Assembly (NCBI RefSeq): GCF_963921235.1 | Contig: NC_086097.1 | Span: 152,646,001 to 152,710,000 of the forward strand | Length of the DNA: 64,000 nucleotides | Direction of reading: 5' to 3' | Source: Mobula hypostoma | Taxonomy: Eukaryota | Part shown: positions 11,096 to 24,759 of the stretch, piece after piece | Layout: each line of letters begins with the position of its first letter | Position numbering within the stretch: position 1 is the first letter of the stretch | Notes under the pieces: generated by a model | Database searches by the model: none | What the model saw: only the letters and a program-made list of their open reading frames with translations | Told to the model about the DNA's origin: nothing | Program-made: the position numbers and the translations under genes

Positions 11096-14000
11096 GAATC
11101 AGTGACAAAAATTCTATCAGCAGAAGACTACAGTTGAAACCATGGTGCCTGAAAGAAGAATGATAGTGGGATTAGCAACATAAGCTTAAAGCCACACGAG
11201 TATAAACTGCAAATGTGAAAACTTTTACAGAGAACATAGAACAATACAGTACAAAAACAGATGCTTTGACCCAAAATATAATGCCAAGCGAATTAAATTA
11301 TTAATCAAATGCCCAACTCAACTAATCCCTTTTGTCTATACAATGTCCACATCTTTCATTTCAATCAGGTTTATGAACCTCTCCCACAGCCTCTTCAATG
11401 CCTCTATCATACTGGCTTCCATGCATGCATGTTTTTAACAGTGTGCCTGAGGGATATGCCTTCAGCGTCTGGAGATTTACAGGTAATTTGCTTGGCAACA
11501 CTTGGCTGAATTCACCATGGTAAACATTCTGCTGTGTCTCCAAAACTTTCCTTTTAATTTATTGAATCTGTTTTGTTGTCAGTGAGCTCATGCCAATTAA
11601 ACCGTGATTGCTCATTCGATAATTAGCATAATGATTTCAGTCAACAGTAACAGACTCATTGTATTTAACTGTCATCTAAAACTGAATTTTAAAAACAAAC
11701 TTAACAGAAGCTTTTACTCTTTATCAGGAATTAAGTGCAATTGACAAAATCAATTTATTCCTATCCCTAGCGACCCCAAGAAGCTATGGGGACTTCAATC
11801 TCACACTGTCGCAAATCCCGCCTTTTAGCAATTTAATATAACTGAATAATCTGTTAGACTTTCAGAAAATGCAGTTAACTTCAAGGTCACTTTCACTGAT
11901 ACTAATGCTTTATTTTTAAACTAAATTCAAATTTGCAAACTGCTGCACTGGGATTTAGGGTGAGGTTCATCTGCAGAGCCTGTACTGTATGCATAACGAC
12001 CGCCGTGCAAATACATGCAAAAATTGTGATTTAATGCGACCGTGAAAGCAGTCTTCTCCCTCTACATTGCCGGCAGCTTTCTTTTATTACTTAGTGCTCT
12101 CCACCATTATATTTAAAATGTCTGCACACTCTATAGGTTTTAGGGTCAATGATATCTCCATTGTATTTTCTCATCTTGGCATTATCATTTTTGGAATACA
12201 GACCATCAGCCACTTGATGCATTCAACCTTTTTTTATCATAAGGCCAGCATCTTGCCCAAGGCAATTAGGAGCAGCCTTCTTGAAGTGGAAGGCTTCTGA
12301 GTCTAACGTCTCACAGAATCATAGAATCATCTTGCCTGTTTGAAAGAGCAATCAAATTAATTTCATTTCCTGGCTCTTTCCCCTTCAGGTGTTTCTTTTT
12401 CAAGCATATATTCAATTTTCTTTTGAAAGTTACTATTGAATCTGTATCCACTGCCCTTTTAGGTAATTGTTTCCAAATCATTACCGCACACTGTGTAAAA
12501 ACAATTCTCTTCCTTTCCTCCTTTGCTTAAGACCATAAGACCATAAGACATAAGAACAGGATTCATACAATTGGAAGGCAAAGGATATTTTGAAGAAGGG
12601 TGTGCACAAAGGGTTCCTTTCCAATAATCATCAAGTTTGCTAAGGATGCCTGCATACATGTGTAACATTTGCATGGTCAAACTGATTAAATTTAAATTCC
12701 TGCACATATCCCCTCACAGCAGTGTCTTTTGCTGTGCTGCTGTGAACACAGGCATCAATGTTATGCATTAGGGTAGAAAGAAAAATATTCTGCTGGAGGG
12801 ATTTTTGTTATCAAATTTGATCTCCAGATATGATACATTCCCAAAAAAATAGATTTGTGGCAGTTGTAGTCCACGGCCATCAGAGACATATTCACTATCC
12901 TTGGGGTTTGCTTTAGCAGGATGTGGTACTTAAGTACATTAAAACCACAAGCCAAGCTTAGACTCGTTATACAGCAGCTTGCCTAAAAGAAAGATATACA
13001 AGAATAACCTAACCTTTGCAGGTAGGAATTCTGAACTATCTCATTATATGTGGAGCACTCTGTGATGTTTTTGAACCATAATACCTTTCTGTAACTTTGC
13101 ATTTTGGCCATTGCCCTTTCACCTTTGCTTCTGATACATTTTTAAGCAACAATTTCATAGCTGACTTAATAAACATGTGTTGTTTATTTTTCTGTTCAGG
13201 ATTTCATTTCGTTTAGCATATAGTTCGCTGACTGAGGAAGGTAAAACAGAAATGAATGTATTTTCTAATCAGAGGTTTTCCGTTGACCTTTCATGGACTT
13301 AGAGCTTGACAGTAAATATTTCAACTTCTGTCAACAAACTCTTAATGAAATGAGTTTGTTATTGTGGAATTACAAAACCATTGAAGCTGAGAATGTATGA
13401 TATTAAATTTAATGTAGATAGGTATTCCATTTTGACAATGCAATGCTCTATTTCATTTACCACCAGCGGCAGTGAGAACTGTAAAAGGGGTAGTAGGATA
13501 ACTACAATGAAATTGCAGATTAAGCACAACAACGCAAATACAATAAATCATTACAGGATTAAATAAATGGCTTGTTGCAGCTGAACGCCACAGGAATAAT
13601 TTAGACAGTAGAAGAAGCAGGGCTTTCACAATGGGCAAAATAAATTACTGCACTCAGTGTGATGATAGATCAAATGCACTAAGATGAACACACAAATGTG
13701 AATCATTTGGATTACATTGAGAGCATGCAGCTAAAGTATATTGCTGATGGTAGAGACAGAAAGACAAAGATTATCATTTGAGAGACACATACCAGTGATT
13801 ATGCACAGCAGTGATTCGAGAGAAATTTCCAGATGATTAAGGTGGCATTACTTTTTGGTTAATAAGTCAACCTTTCGGGAAGTGAAATTGTAAAGTGAAT
13901 AATGGTATTTAGGTTCAATCACAGCATTCACATCTGACAGACTTTTTACAGTTTAAACTCTATCTAATGTAAAATGAAAATAAACAAAGATATTTTACCA

Positions 14001-14399
14001 TTATCCCCCCTTCCTTTCCAATCTTGAAGAAGAGTCTCAGCCCAAAATGTTGACTGTGTATTGATTTCCATCGATACTGCCTGACCTGCTGAGTTCCTCC
14101 AGCATTTTGTGTGTGTTGCCGGGAATTTCCAGCATTTGCAGAATCTCTTGTGTATTGTCATTATCTGCAATGTTTCAGTAAAAAAACACATTTTTTCAGA
14201 AGGTGAAAGTGCATTTTTCACACACTATTATTCCCTTTCACCTCTTTGAAGGCGAGTTGGTCGACAGATTCTCCAAAATGGATGTGCTTCAGCTATTCTG
14301 CCTGTCAGATTGCTCACTTATTCAGCTCTCCATCATCTCTGGAAAAGTTTTGACATTCAGAAAACAAGCTAACATTCAAGATGTTTTGCAAATCTCATT

Positions 14400-17300
14400 A
14401 GTTCTTGTGGTCCTTCCATTGGTTGAGGTTCACCATGGATGTTGGACCTAGCTATCTACATTGCTGGTGCAGTGCTGTCTATGGCTGATGAGACCAATGC
14501 GAGAGTGGCTGTCTCTGTTTCAAAGGTCACATCTGTAAGTAGTTTCATCTCTGCTGGAGCTGCAGTGTTCCTTTATTGGGCCCATTTGTCTTCTACTGCT
14601 TTGAGAAATTTTTCCTTGCCTGACTTAAGGTGTTGTTTCAGGGTGCTTCATCTACTAGTTGTTCTCAGGACTCAATGTTGATGTCCAATGCCTTCATGCC
14701 CCGTTTGCTGACTTCAATGTAGTGCAGTTGTGGGTGGCCATTAGTTCTTGTGCCAGAAGCTAGCTCACCATCAAGGATGCGGCCACCCTGCACGCGGCAA
14801 ACACGGCCCAGCCAGTGCAGCCGATGCTGCCTGAGCGGGGTGTACCCGCTTGGGAGGCTGATGTGAGAGTGAACCTTAGCAATGGATACTCAGTCCCTGC
14901 AGGAGATGCCCATCAGTGTGCTGGTGACACAAGCGCTGTACACTGCCATCTTTGCTTTGACTGAGAGCTTGACTCAGATGCATGGGTTGAGGCAGGCAAG
15001 AGATGCTGCAGCCTTCCCAACGCACTTGTTGATTTTTGTGTCCAAGGAGAGGCTGTCACCAATGATGGACCACAGGTAAGTGAACTGATAAACAATATCC
15101 AGGTTGCAGTTATCTGTGGTACTGACTGGAGATGCCTCCATGTCTTGTCCCAAGATGTTTGTCTTTTTCAGGCTGATAATCAGAACAAATTCCTTGCAGA
15201 CCTGGGAGAAGCGATCCATCAAGCTCTGGAGGTGTTGCAGACTGAGGGTTGTGACTGCTGCATCGTCACCAAACAGCACGTCCCTGATCTTAGCCTCTTG
15301 CACTTTGCTTTCGGCTCTTAGGCAGGCGACATTAAAAAAGCCTGCCATCTAATCCAGTGTGGAGATGCAGCCCCTCTGTTGCAATGCCAAATCCATGCTT
15401 CAGGAGAGGGGCAAAGAAAATCCTTTAGAGCACTGGTGCAAGAACAGAAAATTGCTTAACACCGCTATTTGTATCAAAGAACACCAAAGAGCTGCCGTTT
15501 ACAGCACAGTCTTTTTCAGGCTGTTGTGGAATGACTTAATCAGGTTCTGTAGTCTTGGTGTGCAGCCTACCTTCGAGACCATCTGAAAAAGCCCATCTAT
15601 GCTGACCAAGTAAAATGTCTTGGTGAGATCACTAAGTGCAATGTAGAGGGGCTTCTTTCATTATCGACTTCTCTTGGAGTTGGCAGAGAGAGAAGATTAT
15701 GTCCACAATTGACATTCCAGCACAGAAGCCACACAATGACTGCAGGTAGGCACAATCAGACAACTTCTGTGGGTGGACCAAGAATACTCAGGTGAAGACT
15801 CTGCCAACAACATTCAAAAGGGAGATGCCCCTGTCATTGTTGCAGGCACTTTTCTCACCTTTCTTTTGTAGAGGATAATGATCTTGGTGTCACTCATATC
15901 CTGCAGTACAGGTTCTTTCTGCCAGCATTGACAGAGGACTTGGTGCAGTGGATGCAATAGGGTAGTCATGCTTGATCAGGTCTAGTGGATTCCCATCATT
16001 ACCTGGTGCCTTCCCTTAGGACGAGCTGCCAATGGCCTTACTGAGCGACTCTAGGGTCAGTTCTGCATCCAGTTCTTCCATTGTCAATAGGTACTCAATG
16101 ATGTCAGCTGTCAATGATGGTATATGAGTTAATTCTGGAGTAGAGGTCAGAGTAGTGTTCTAACCATCTCTCCATCTGTTTGCCCCTCTTTGTGATTACT
16201 TCCCCATTGATGGATTTGAAGGGAGCCATGGGCCAAGGATTTTCATGATGCCATCATACTGCCTATCAGTGCTGCGGTCTGGATGTCTTCACTGAGCTGC
16301 TTCCAGTACTCAATGGCACAGTGTTTGAACTTTACTTCTAGCTGCACTGAGTATCTGTAGGTTCCTCTCAGTTGGCGAATGCGTATACTCAGCCAAGACA
16401 GCACGATCGGCTTCAATGATGGGGGGTAATCTCATTATATTTCGCTTCAAAGTTCGAAGGTTCAGGGTTCAAAGGTAAATTTATTATCAAAATACATATA
16501 TGTCACCATTCATTTTCTTGTTTTCTTGGTTGATTCATTTCATTTGTTTTTGAGGTCTTCTTCCCAAAGGTAGCTTTAACTGCACTGTAGATGGTATTCT
16601 GCAGAAGTCCCATTTCTCTGTGACAGGTTTCCCAGGCTGCGCGGTGCTCAGTACTTTCTCGAAGGACTTAGCAAACTGCTCCAGCAGGTCAGACTGAAGC
16701 ATGTTGCTCAGGTCAACGTGAGGGTTCCCTTCTTATTTCGTGCAATGGAATTTCTTTGTCTGCATTATGACCTTGCAACACATCAGTGATAGTGCAATGT
16801 TGCAGTCTGCTCAATGGTAGGAATGTGTGAAAAGCACGCTGTCAAGGATGGAGCACTTGACCAGTATAAAGTCCAGTTGGTGCCAGTCTGGATCGATGGT
16901 GTCTCCAGCAAACCTTGTGTTGAACATTGGTCTGGAAGGATGAGTTGGTGATGCACAAAAATCCAGCAATCGCTGTCCACTCTCAATCATCTTGTCTACG
17001 CCAAAGTAACATGGGCAGGAAGACCATGAATCATGATCTGCATCCACCCTGGCATTGAAGTCAGCCAGGAGAACAAAATGCTCCTTGCTGGGGGTATTCC
17101 TCATGGTGTCTGCAACGTTCTCATAAAACTCATCCTTTGCCTCAAATGGGGAACAGTGACAAGAGTATCTGGACTTATGCTGGTGTTGAGGCAGAGAACA
17201 AGAGGTCATTCAGATCCAGATCCTGGTCCCACTATCTTCAACGATGTATTCCTCACTGCAAAGCCTACTTTATGCTCTCTGGATTTATCAGGGACCTTCC

Positions 17301-18330
17301 TTTGCCAGAAAAAGATGTTGTCTTTTTCCTTTAGTGTGTCCGAGTCAGCCAGACGCACCGCCTAGAGGGTGGCTATATCCACGTGAAGTCTCTTGAGCTC
17401 CTCATTTCTACTGATGTCTTGGAGGTTATCAAAGAGTCCAATCATCATTGTCCAAACACTTCACCATCCCAGTTTTAGAGCTGATCTCTTTTATTGTGTT
17501 GTCTTGCCTGATGCAGCATTTTCAGACTGCAGTTCAGATAATACCGAATGCCCATGCACCAGTTGAAGGAAACACATCAATGCAATAAACAGTTTTTTGA
17601 CTGAGGACTGCCCAGATTAAGGCAGGTGGTAGCTGTCCACTGAGATCCAAGAATCTCTTCCACCACTGGAAGCAACCCTGGTGCCATTCTCGACATCATT
17701 TGAATTTAGTGGCTTATAACTGCTGCTTCTCATGTGTCAATGTCATGAGGTGAAGCAGGCGTGTCGTCTCCTGAATAGTGTCTACACGGCAAGTCAATAC
17801 TCAGTCCAGGGCAGGATGGTATTGAAGAGCAAGCTGTTGTCCATGGAGTAGGCTCCCTCTCTCTTAGCAAATGAATCCAAAGAAACATCAGAGACTGATA
17901 CATGTTGGCACCAGCAACATCACAGGAGCTGCAAGTCAGCATTGACCTCAGCATAGCACTGCCTTAGGGACTCCAGTTCTGGATTTTTACTCGGGATGTA
18001 CTCCCAAAGCCTTCCCTATGAGTGTATTGCTGCAAGACAGTGAAAGTTCGAGATCAGTATTTTCCTTCTCCTAGATAAGCTGCTAACCTCGGTTGATGAG
18101 CTCCAAATGATTGGCCTCCAAATGAAGGCACCAGTAATGCTCCTTTGCCCCTTTTCCTGTCATTAGAAATGGTTCTGCCATGCTTGGTAGCTAATCCACA
18201 TGTGAAGGCCAGGATCTGAACTTGGTTGTCAGAGGCAACTTGAAATGCATGTCATTGGGAGCATTTAATAGACAGATGAAACTTTTGCTACTACCTGACC
18301 CCCATCCCCATGGGTAATGACAACCTTAAG
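14400..18330 (-). mobile_element. RTE (BovB/Expander-like) LINE, near full length, decayed
   Basis: EN pieces (KDEFYE...LLADFNARVDAD, HQLDFILV) and RT pieces (IRDVLFGDDAA...ISLKKTNILGQ...FTYL) form one long decayed ORF, with a 5'UTR-like region at about 17500-18330. Confidence 0.85.
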
Positions 18331-19495
18331 GAATCACTGATTAGTTACAATAAAGTAAATACATCTAAATTGTTCTCAAGCGTTTTCTAAACTTTTCTTA
18401 AAAATAGAGTTCTTGTGATATTTACCACTTCCAGTTAGTTACAAATGACAACTATATCCTTTGGCTTAACTTTGAAGATTCCCCATTGGTTTCTGTTCCT
18501 TCAGTTCAACTGATACCATTATCCTCAGCCATCATTACTAATATCCTTCTTCCTTTAAATGTATCCCAGAATGCGCCAAAAGTTAATTGCATCAATGTTG
18601 ATTGATGAAATGGCTCCCTTTAACACAATTTCTCAGCATATGATTTTCTACTATTTAATCCTTTTCAAATATTCAATAAAAGCTCTTCTTGTATGGCTCA
18701 CTCCATTGATTCTGATATCCACTCATCCTGAAGTCCTTCATTGATTGGAATAATCATTTCATTAATCTTATTCATTCAATTTAACTCATCAATAGCAATG
18801 TTGTTTTGGTTTTTGAAAGGACTTACTTTGAGTACTAATTTCCTTTAGTGCATTTGAGATATTGCAGCTCCATCTCATCATGCTCAGATGATAATTCAGT
18901 TATCTTTTGCTTACTTGACTGACTTGGAACAATTATAAATCCAGCTTGGTGGCTATCTAGTCAAAAGCTCTTGCCGAGAAGGAGTGTGAGTGTTTAAAAT
19001 TATATAGAGGGTGGACTACATGGAAAATAGTCCATAGTTTCCATTTAGGTTTACCACATCCTTATTCTGCTCAGATCCATTTTAGGGTTCCCATACTTCA
19101 CAAAGCAGGTCAAAACAAGTAGGAATTGCCGCTGGACGGAAGATTAGAATCAGAATCAGAATCAGGATTATTATCACTGGCATGTATTGTGAAATTTGTT
19201 AACTTAACAGCAGCAGCTCAATGCAATATGTAATATAGGAGATAAATAAATTAATAAATTGCAGTATACTTATATTGAATAGATTAAAATCATGCAAAAA
19301 CAGAAATAATATATATTAAAAAAGTGAGATAGTATTCAAGGGTTCAATGTTCATTTAGGAATTGGTTGGCAGAGGGGAAGGAGGTGTTCCTGAATCACTG
19401 AGTGTGTGCCTTCAGGCTTCTGTATCTCCTACCTGATGGTAACAGTGAGAAAAGTGCATGCCCAGGGTGCTGGGGGTCCTTAATAATGGATGCTG

Positions 19496-19961
19496 GATTG
19501 ATTCCTGGGATGGCAGGACTTTCATATGATGAAAGACTGGATCGACTAGGCTTATACTCATTGGAATTTAGAAGATTGAGGGGGGATCTGATTGAAACAT
19601 ATAACATTCTAAAGGAATTGGACAGGCTAGATGCAGGAAGATTGTTCCTGATGTTGGGGAAGTCCAGAATGAGGGGAAACAGTTTGAGGATAAAGGGGAA
19701 GCCTTTTAGGACTGAGATGAGGAAAAACTTCTTCACACAGAGAGTGGTGAATCTGTGGAATTCTCTGCCACAGAATACAGTTGAGGCCAGTTCATTGGGT
19801 ATAATTAAGAGGGAGTTATATAATCCCCTTGTGGCTAAAGGGATCAGAGGGTATGGAGAGAAGGCAGGTATAGGGTTCTGAGTTGGATGATCAGCCATGA
19901 TCGTAATGAATGGCGGTGCAGGCTTGAAGGGCCGAACCTATTTCTATGTTTCTATATTTCT
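19496..19961 (+). mobile_element. CR1 3' fragment nested in Rex1
   Basis: LIPGMAGLSYDERLDRLGLYSLEFRRLRGDLIETY... with a (tttctatg)n tail. TSD atgctg at 19490-19495 and 19962-19967. Confidence 0.92.
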
Positions 19962-20059
19962 ATGCTGCCTTTCTGAGACATCGGTCTTTGAAGATGTCTT
20001 GGGTGCTTTGTAAGCTTGTACCTATGATGGAGCAGGGTAAATTTACGACCCTCTGCAGC

Positions 20060-20605
20060 CTTTCTTCTTTCAAATCTTTTTATTATTATTACATTATTCA
20101 AAAATAACATGAGTACATCGACGTAAACAACACTTAGAATGTCTCAAGGAAAACAAAACATTATTTTAAGGATTGAAAATTTTTTGTGATCATAAAAAAT
20201 CCTACTAAGCAGAAAAAGTGGGAAAAAAACCTATTAGGTGTACATTCGGGAGCCATATGTCATACAAAAAGCTTCTAATGAAAAACATCAAGCCGCCAGC
20301 AAGAAAAAAACCCCAAAAATTTACAATTGAATCGTGGAGGAAATCTATCAATTAACTCAAATGATAATAACGAGCAAATGAACCCCATCTTTTCTCAAAA
20401 TCAAATAAAGTTTCAAAGGTTCGACTTCTAATTTTCTCCAAGCTAAGACATAGCATCGCTTGAGAGAACCATTGAGACAAGTGGGAGCTGATGTATCCTT
20501 CCACTTCAACAAAATGGCCCTCCTAGCTATCAATGTAACAAATGCAATAACATGTTGGTCAGACACAGAGATACCATGGATATTTTGAGGAATTATTCCA
20601 AAAGG
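20060..20605 (-). mobile_element. L1-clade LINE 3' fragment nested in Rex1
   Basis: IARRAILLKWKD ORF2 C-terminal motif and an A-rich tail. TSD cctctgcagc at 20050-20059 and 20606-20615. Confidence 0.85.
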
Positions 20606-22133
20606 CCTCTGCAGCTTCTTTTGGTCCTGTGCAGTAGCCCCGCCCCCCCCACCCCTTACCAGACGTTGATGAAACTTGTCAGAATGCTCTCCATGGTACA
20701 TCTATAGAAGTTTTTGAGTTTTTGTTGAAATACCAGATCTCTTAGTTTTATAACCCAGGTGATTGTTTTATTATAATCTTTCTTTGGAATTGCTGTGCTA
20801 TCCAGGAAGAGCTCAGGCATGTTACCATTAAGATTTGCTGGAAACTTATGTGGTGAACTAGGACATTTATTAGATTGCTATAGTAGGTAAAGTATGCAAT
20901 TCATTCATAATTATATCTGCAGCACCAATGAATGTCATGGGGCAATATGGACCAGAAACATTTATCATTGAAGGGTCTCGGCCTGAAACGTAGACTGTTC
21001 CTCTTCCTAGAGATGCTGCCTGGCCTGCTGTGTTCACCAGCAACTTTGATGTGTGTTGCTTGAATTTCCAGCATCTGCAGAATTCCTGTTGTTATCATGG
21101 AAGATTTCTGGGTTCCGGTGACAGCAAATATTTTGGAGTTCAGCTGAACATTCATACAATTAGGATAACCACTTGCAGGCAAGATGGGTCTTTAATGGTT
21201 GGGTATTTAAAAGATTAACATTATTTGCAGGACTCTGGGTATTTCTGTAAACACCCTAGATCATTCTGACAGGTTTTAGATACTTTTGTAGTATGGTCAC
21301 CTATTTATTGTTCTTGAATGATCATTACAAAAGCTCAATTCATAGTCACCCATCATTCTTACACAGGTCAGGGTTACCTTCACAAGACATAACTCTGAGA
21401 TGAGTATGATTCAGTGTCAATTTGCTCTACTTTACAGCTGCTTTTTTAGCTTCTATATTTGGCTATTGACCTAATTTTTTTTCTGATTTTATTTTGATTT
21501 AAAATTTTAGCACACGTAATATATGTAAATCTTTGCTCTATTATCATGATTAGATAAAAAATATATAGCTGGACTCATAGCATTATAACCATGTTCATGG
21601 ATTGGATTACATAGTCTTTTGTTATAGTCACAGCCAATAGAATAAAAAGACACTAATATAATCTTGTCATATTTTGTTACCACATGGAGCTTCATCTTAG
21701 CAGTGACAATCTAAATTCTGAGTCTAAATGTCACAAGTGCATATCCTACTCTTGGCAGTGTGAGAAAAAATCCATATTAATACTTGGACTACGGTGCTGG
21801 ATATGCATAGTTCTGAAGTGAACTAACCAGTATTTAACCCTGAACAACAGACTATTGATTATAAACAAGATGCTGGAAATTCACGCAACGCACACAAAAT
21901 GCTAGAGGAATTCTTCTTTCCTCATTCTTCCATTACCAGCATAGAATGCAACCAGGCCAGGCATCTATGGAAAAAAGTACATTCGACATTTTGGGCCAGG
22001 ATCCTTTGACAGTGATGAACTCTGAAACGGATGGTTGCGAACCTCGCTGCAAAAGGAGGATGGATGGGCATGGGGCTAGCAACTCCATCCCATAAAAAAC
22101 ACAGAGCCACAGAAAGACATCATCCCTGGGAGA

Positions 22134-23030
22134 GAATCAGAATCAGGTTTATTATCACCGGCATGTAACGTGAAATTTGTTAATTTAGCAGCAGCAGTTC
22201 AGTGCAATACATAATCTAGCAGAGACACAAAAAATAACAATAAATAAAATAAAACATAATAATAAATAAGCAAGTAAATCAATTACATATATTAAATAGA
22301 TTATTAAAAAAATGTGTGAAAACAGAAATACTGTATATTAAGAAAAGTCCATTCAGGAATCAGATGGCAGAGGGGAAGAAGCTGTTCCTGAATCTCTGAG
22401 TGTGTGCCTTCAGGGTTCTGTATCTCCTACCTGATGGTAACATTGAGAAAAGGGCATGCCCTGGATGCTGGAGGTCTTTAATAATGGGTGCTGCCTTTCT
22501 GAGACACCGCTCCCTAAAGATGTCCTGGTTACTTTGTAGGCTAGTGCCCAAGATGGAACTGATTAGATTTACAACCTTCTACATCTTCTTTTGGTCCTGT
22601 GCAGTAGCCCCTCCATACCAGACACTGATGCAGTCTGTCAGAATGCTCTCCACGGTACAACTATAGAAGTTTTTGAGTGTAGTTGTTGACATGTCAAATC
22701 GCTTCAAACTCCTAATAAAGTATAGCCGCTGTCTTGCCTTCTTTATGACTACATCATTGTGTTGGGACCAGGTTAGATCCTCAGAGATCTTGATGCCCAG
22801 GAACTTGAAGCTGCTTACTCTCTCCACTTCTGATCCCTCTATGAGGATTGGTATGTGTTCCTTCGTCTTACCCTTCCTGAAGTCCACAATAGGCTCTTTG
22901 GTCTTACTGATGTTGAGTGCCAGGTTGTTGCTGCGGCACCACTCCACTAGTTGGCATATCTCACTCTTGTACGCCCTCTCGTCACCACCTGAGATTCTGC
23001 CAACAATGGTTGTATCATCAGCAAATTTGT
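22134..23030 (-). mobile_element. Rex1 LINE, 5'-truncated
   Basis: KFADDTTIVG...WCRSNNLALNISKTKE...FKFLG...VESILTDCISVWYG, with a (tctgat)n tail at 22134-22145. Confidence 0.92.
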
Positions 23031-23185
23031 GCTAGCAAGCTCGCAAATGCTGTTATTCTTCCAGTACCCGCATAGAATGCACCCAGCTCACTAACCCTAA
23101 ATGTATGTCTTTGGACTGTGGGAGGCAACCAGAGAACACGGAGGAAACTCACACAGTCATGGGGAGAATGTATAAACTCCTTACA

Positions 23186-24076
23186 AATGTTCCCTCTGAG
23201 GTGTACCCATGCATTTATGTACACATCTTTTGCCACTAGCTCACAATAGTAGAGCTACTAGGACTTGATGTTTCAATCCCTATGGTAAGTTGGCACTCTC
23301 GATGTTGGCAGTGGGTTTGGAGTGGTGACAAGGAGGGAGGGTAGGTACGTCATCGGGGTCATCAGGTGGGCACCCTCCTTCTTTGACGTTTCGTTGATAA
23401 ACACACGACGTCTCCAGAGGGCTCAACGGTGCTACCTGGCGTCCCAGATACACCCCCCTCAGTTCCATACCCTCCTGTCTTCATCTTGCAACCCAGTTGT
23501 TGTCTTTCCTTTTAATCCAAATCCAATTGCTGCTTTCTTCTGCTGCATTTGACAAGGACTTGATTGCTTGTTGGAGGGAGTGACCCCTCACCCCCATCTT
23601 CTTCAACAGACTGGTCGTAGATGTAGCAACAAATCCGCTGCATCCCACTTCTACAGGGAAAACCTTGGTCTTCCAGCCATTCTGGGCAGCTTCAGTTGCC
23701 AGTTCAGAGTATTTGGTCTTTTTCCTCTCATAAGCTTCTTCGACACCATCTTCCCATGGTACTGTCAATTCCACAACATATGCCAGCTTGAAAGAATTTA
23801 GATTGCGCACAAAAGGCTGTCACCCTCTACCTCGTTGGCATGTTAAGTATATTTCACGAACATACACAATCACATTTCCTTTTCCGGTTTCTGATGTGGA
23901 TGGTGTTGACAACGTGGAGTTTGTGATGATTTGTCTGCAGATTCTAGAACTGGCTTATTTATACAGTTTTTGTTGAAGAAATTATTCAGTGTGCACATGT
24001 TGTTGTCACTGGCCAGAATATTACACAGCACAAGATTTTTGTGCACACTGGTCCTTGCAAATTAGAGTGAACATTG
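23186..24076. mobile_element. non-autonomous hAT DNA transposon (MITE) containing a HERO fragment
   Basis: TIRs aatgttccctct / agagtgaacattg and an 8-bp TSD tccttaca at 23178-23185 and 24077-24084. Confidence 0.85.
23270..23790 (-). mobile_element. HERO-clade non-LTR retrotransposon 3' fragment (restriction-like endonuclease)
   Basis: VVELTVPWEDGVEEAYERKKTKYSELATEAAQNGWKTKVFPVEVGCSGF...AAEESSNWIWIKR. Confidence 0.85.
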
Positions 24077-24421
24077 TCCTTACAGACAGTGGCAGGGATT
24101 GACATCCGATCTTCGAGCTGACATTGTGCTAACTGCTATGCTGCTGTGCTGCTCTTCCTTTGTTATCAGACCTCTCTTTATTAAACACTGTTGTGGGCAA
24201 GTAGCTTCACTTATGGAACAGGATTTCATTGATTTCCCTCTAGCTTGCATTTCTTAACATTCCGTGCTTTATTCTTTTGAATCTGCTGATGATTAGTCAT
24301 CTTAATTAGGATCATTATAATTACACAATAATCAGCTGTGTAATTATAATGATCCCTTTTCAGAAAAAAGCCAGCTCTCTGAATCATTGGGTCATTTCTG
24401 GCTTCTGCTCCTTCCCTTTTC

Positions 24422-24458
24422 GGTCCTGATGAAGGGTCTTGGCTTGAAACATCAACTG
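24422..24458 (+). ncRNA. minimal hammerhead ribozyme in an isolated Penelope tail
   Basis: gtc CTGATGA agggtcttggctt GAAA catc aac. The core is intact. Confidence 0.7.
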
Positions 24459-24759
24459 TTTACTTCCCTCCAAAGACGGTTCCCGACCTGCTGAGTTCCT
24501 CCTGCTGTTTTTGTGGGTTGCTCAAGATCTCCAGCATCTGCAGAAATTTTTGTGTCTCTGAATCATTGGGATACCCATTTTCAGAATTCCTCTCAGCAAC
24601 TCACAGCACTAGAAATAATCCAGGCCAAGAATTACATCAACTGTAATAAAGTCTGCAAACAGTGATCCATCTAAACTTTAGCATTCTTCTCCTTTGGAAC
24701 ACTTCTTTGTGAATCTTGATCATGGATGCCAAGTGTTAGAGTGGGCCAGATCTGTTAGT

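Larger units (their letters stand above)
19147..20740 (-). mobile_element. Rex1 LINE 3' part with (tctgat)n tail, hosting two nested insertions
   Basis: (gaatca)n at 19147-19165 and SIIKDPQHPGHALFSLLPSGRRYRSLKAHT. Same family as 22134-23030 and 44092-50150. Confidence 0.88.
23040..24155 (-). mobile_element. tRNA-derived V-SINE (HE1-like), split by a hAT MITE
   Basis: V-domain-like block at 23100-23185 (ggaggcaacc...gaaactcacacagtcatggggagaatgtataaactcc) and tRNA-like head at 24085-24155. Confidence 0.7.

Noticed and set aside
18223..18326. ggttgtca/tgacaacc pairing at the RTE 5' end as HDV ribozyme P1
   Set aside because: The expected P3/L3, GG P1.1 and J4/2 elements could not be placed because the sequence is too decayed.
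19402..19881. 159-aa ORF as a gene
   Set aside because: It is a chimera of antisense Rex1 and a nested CR1 3' fragment, with the TSD visible.
22012..22030. gtgatga-actct-gaaac as a hammerhead
   Set aside because: The core reads GUGAUGA rather than CUGANGA, and no flanking helices form.
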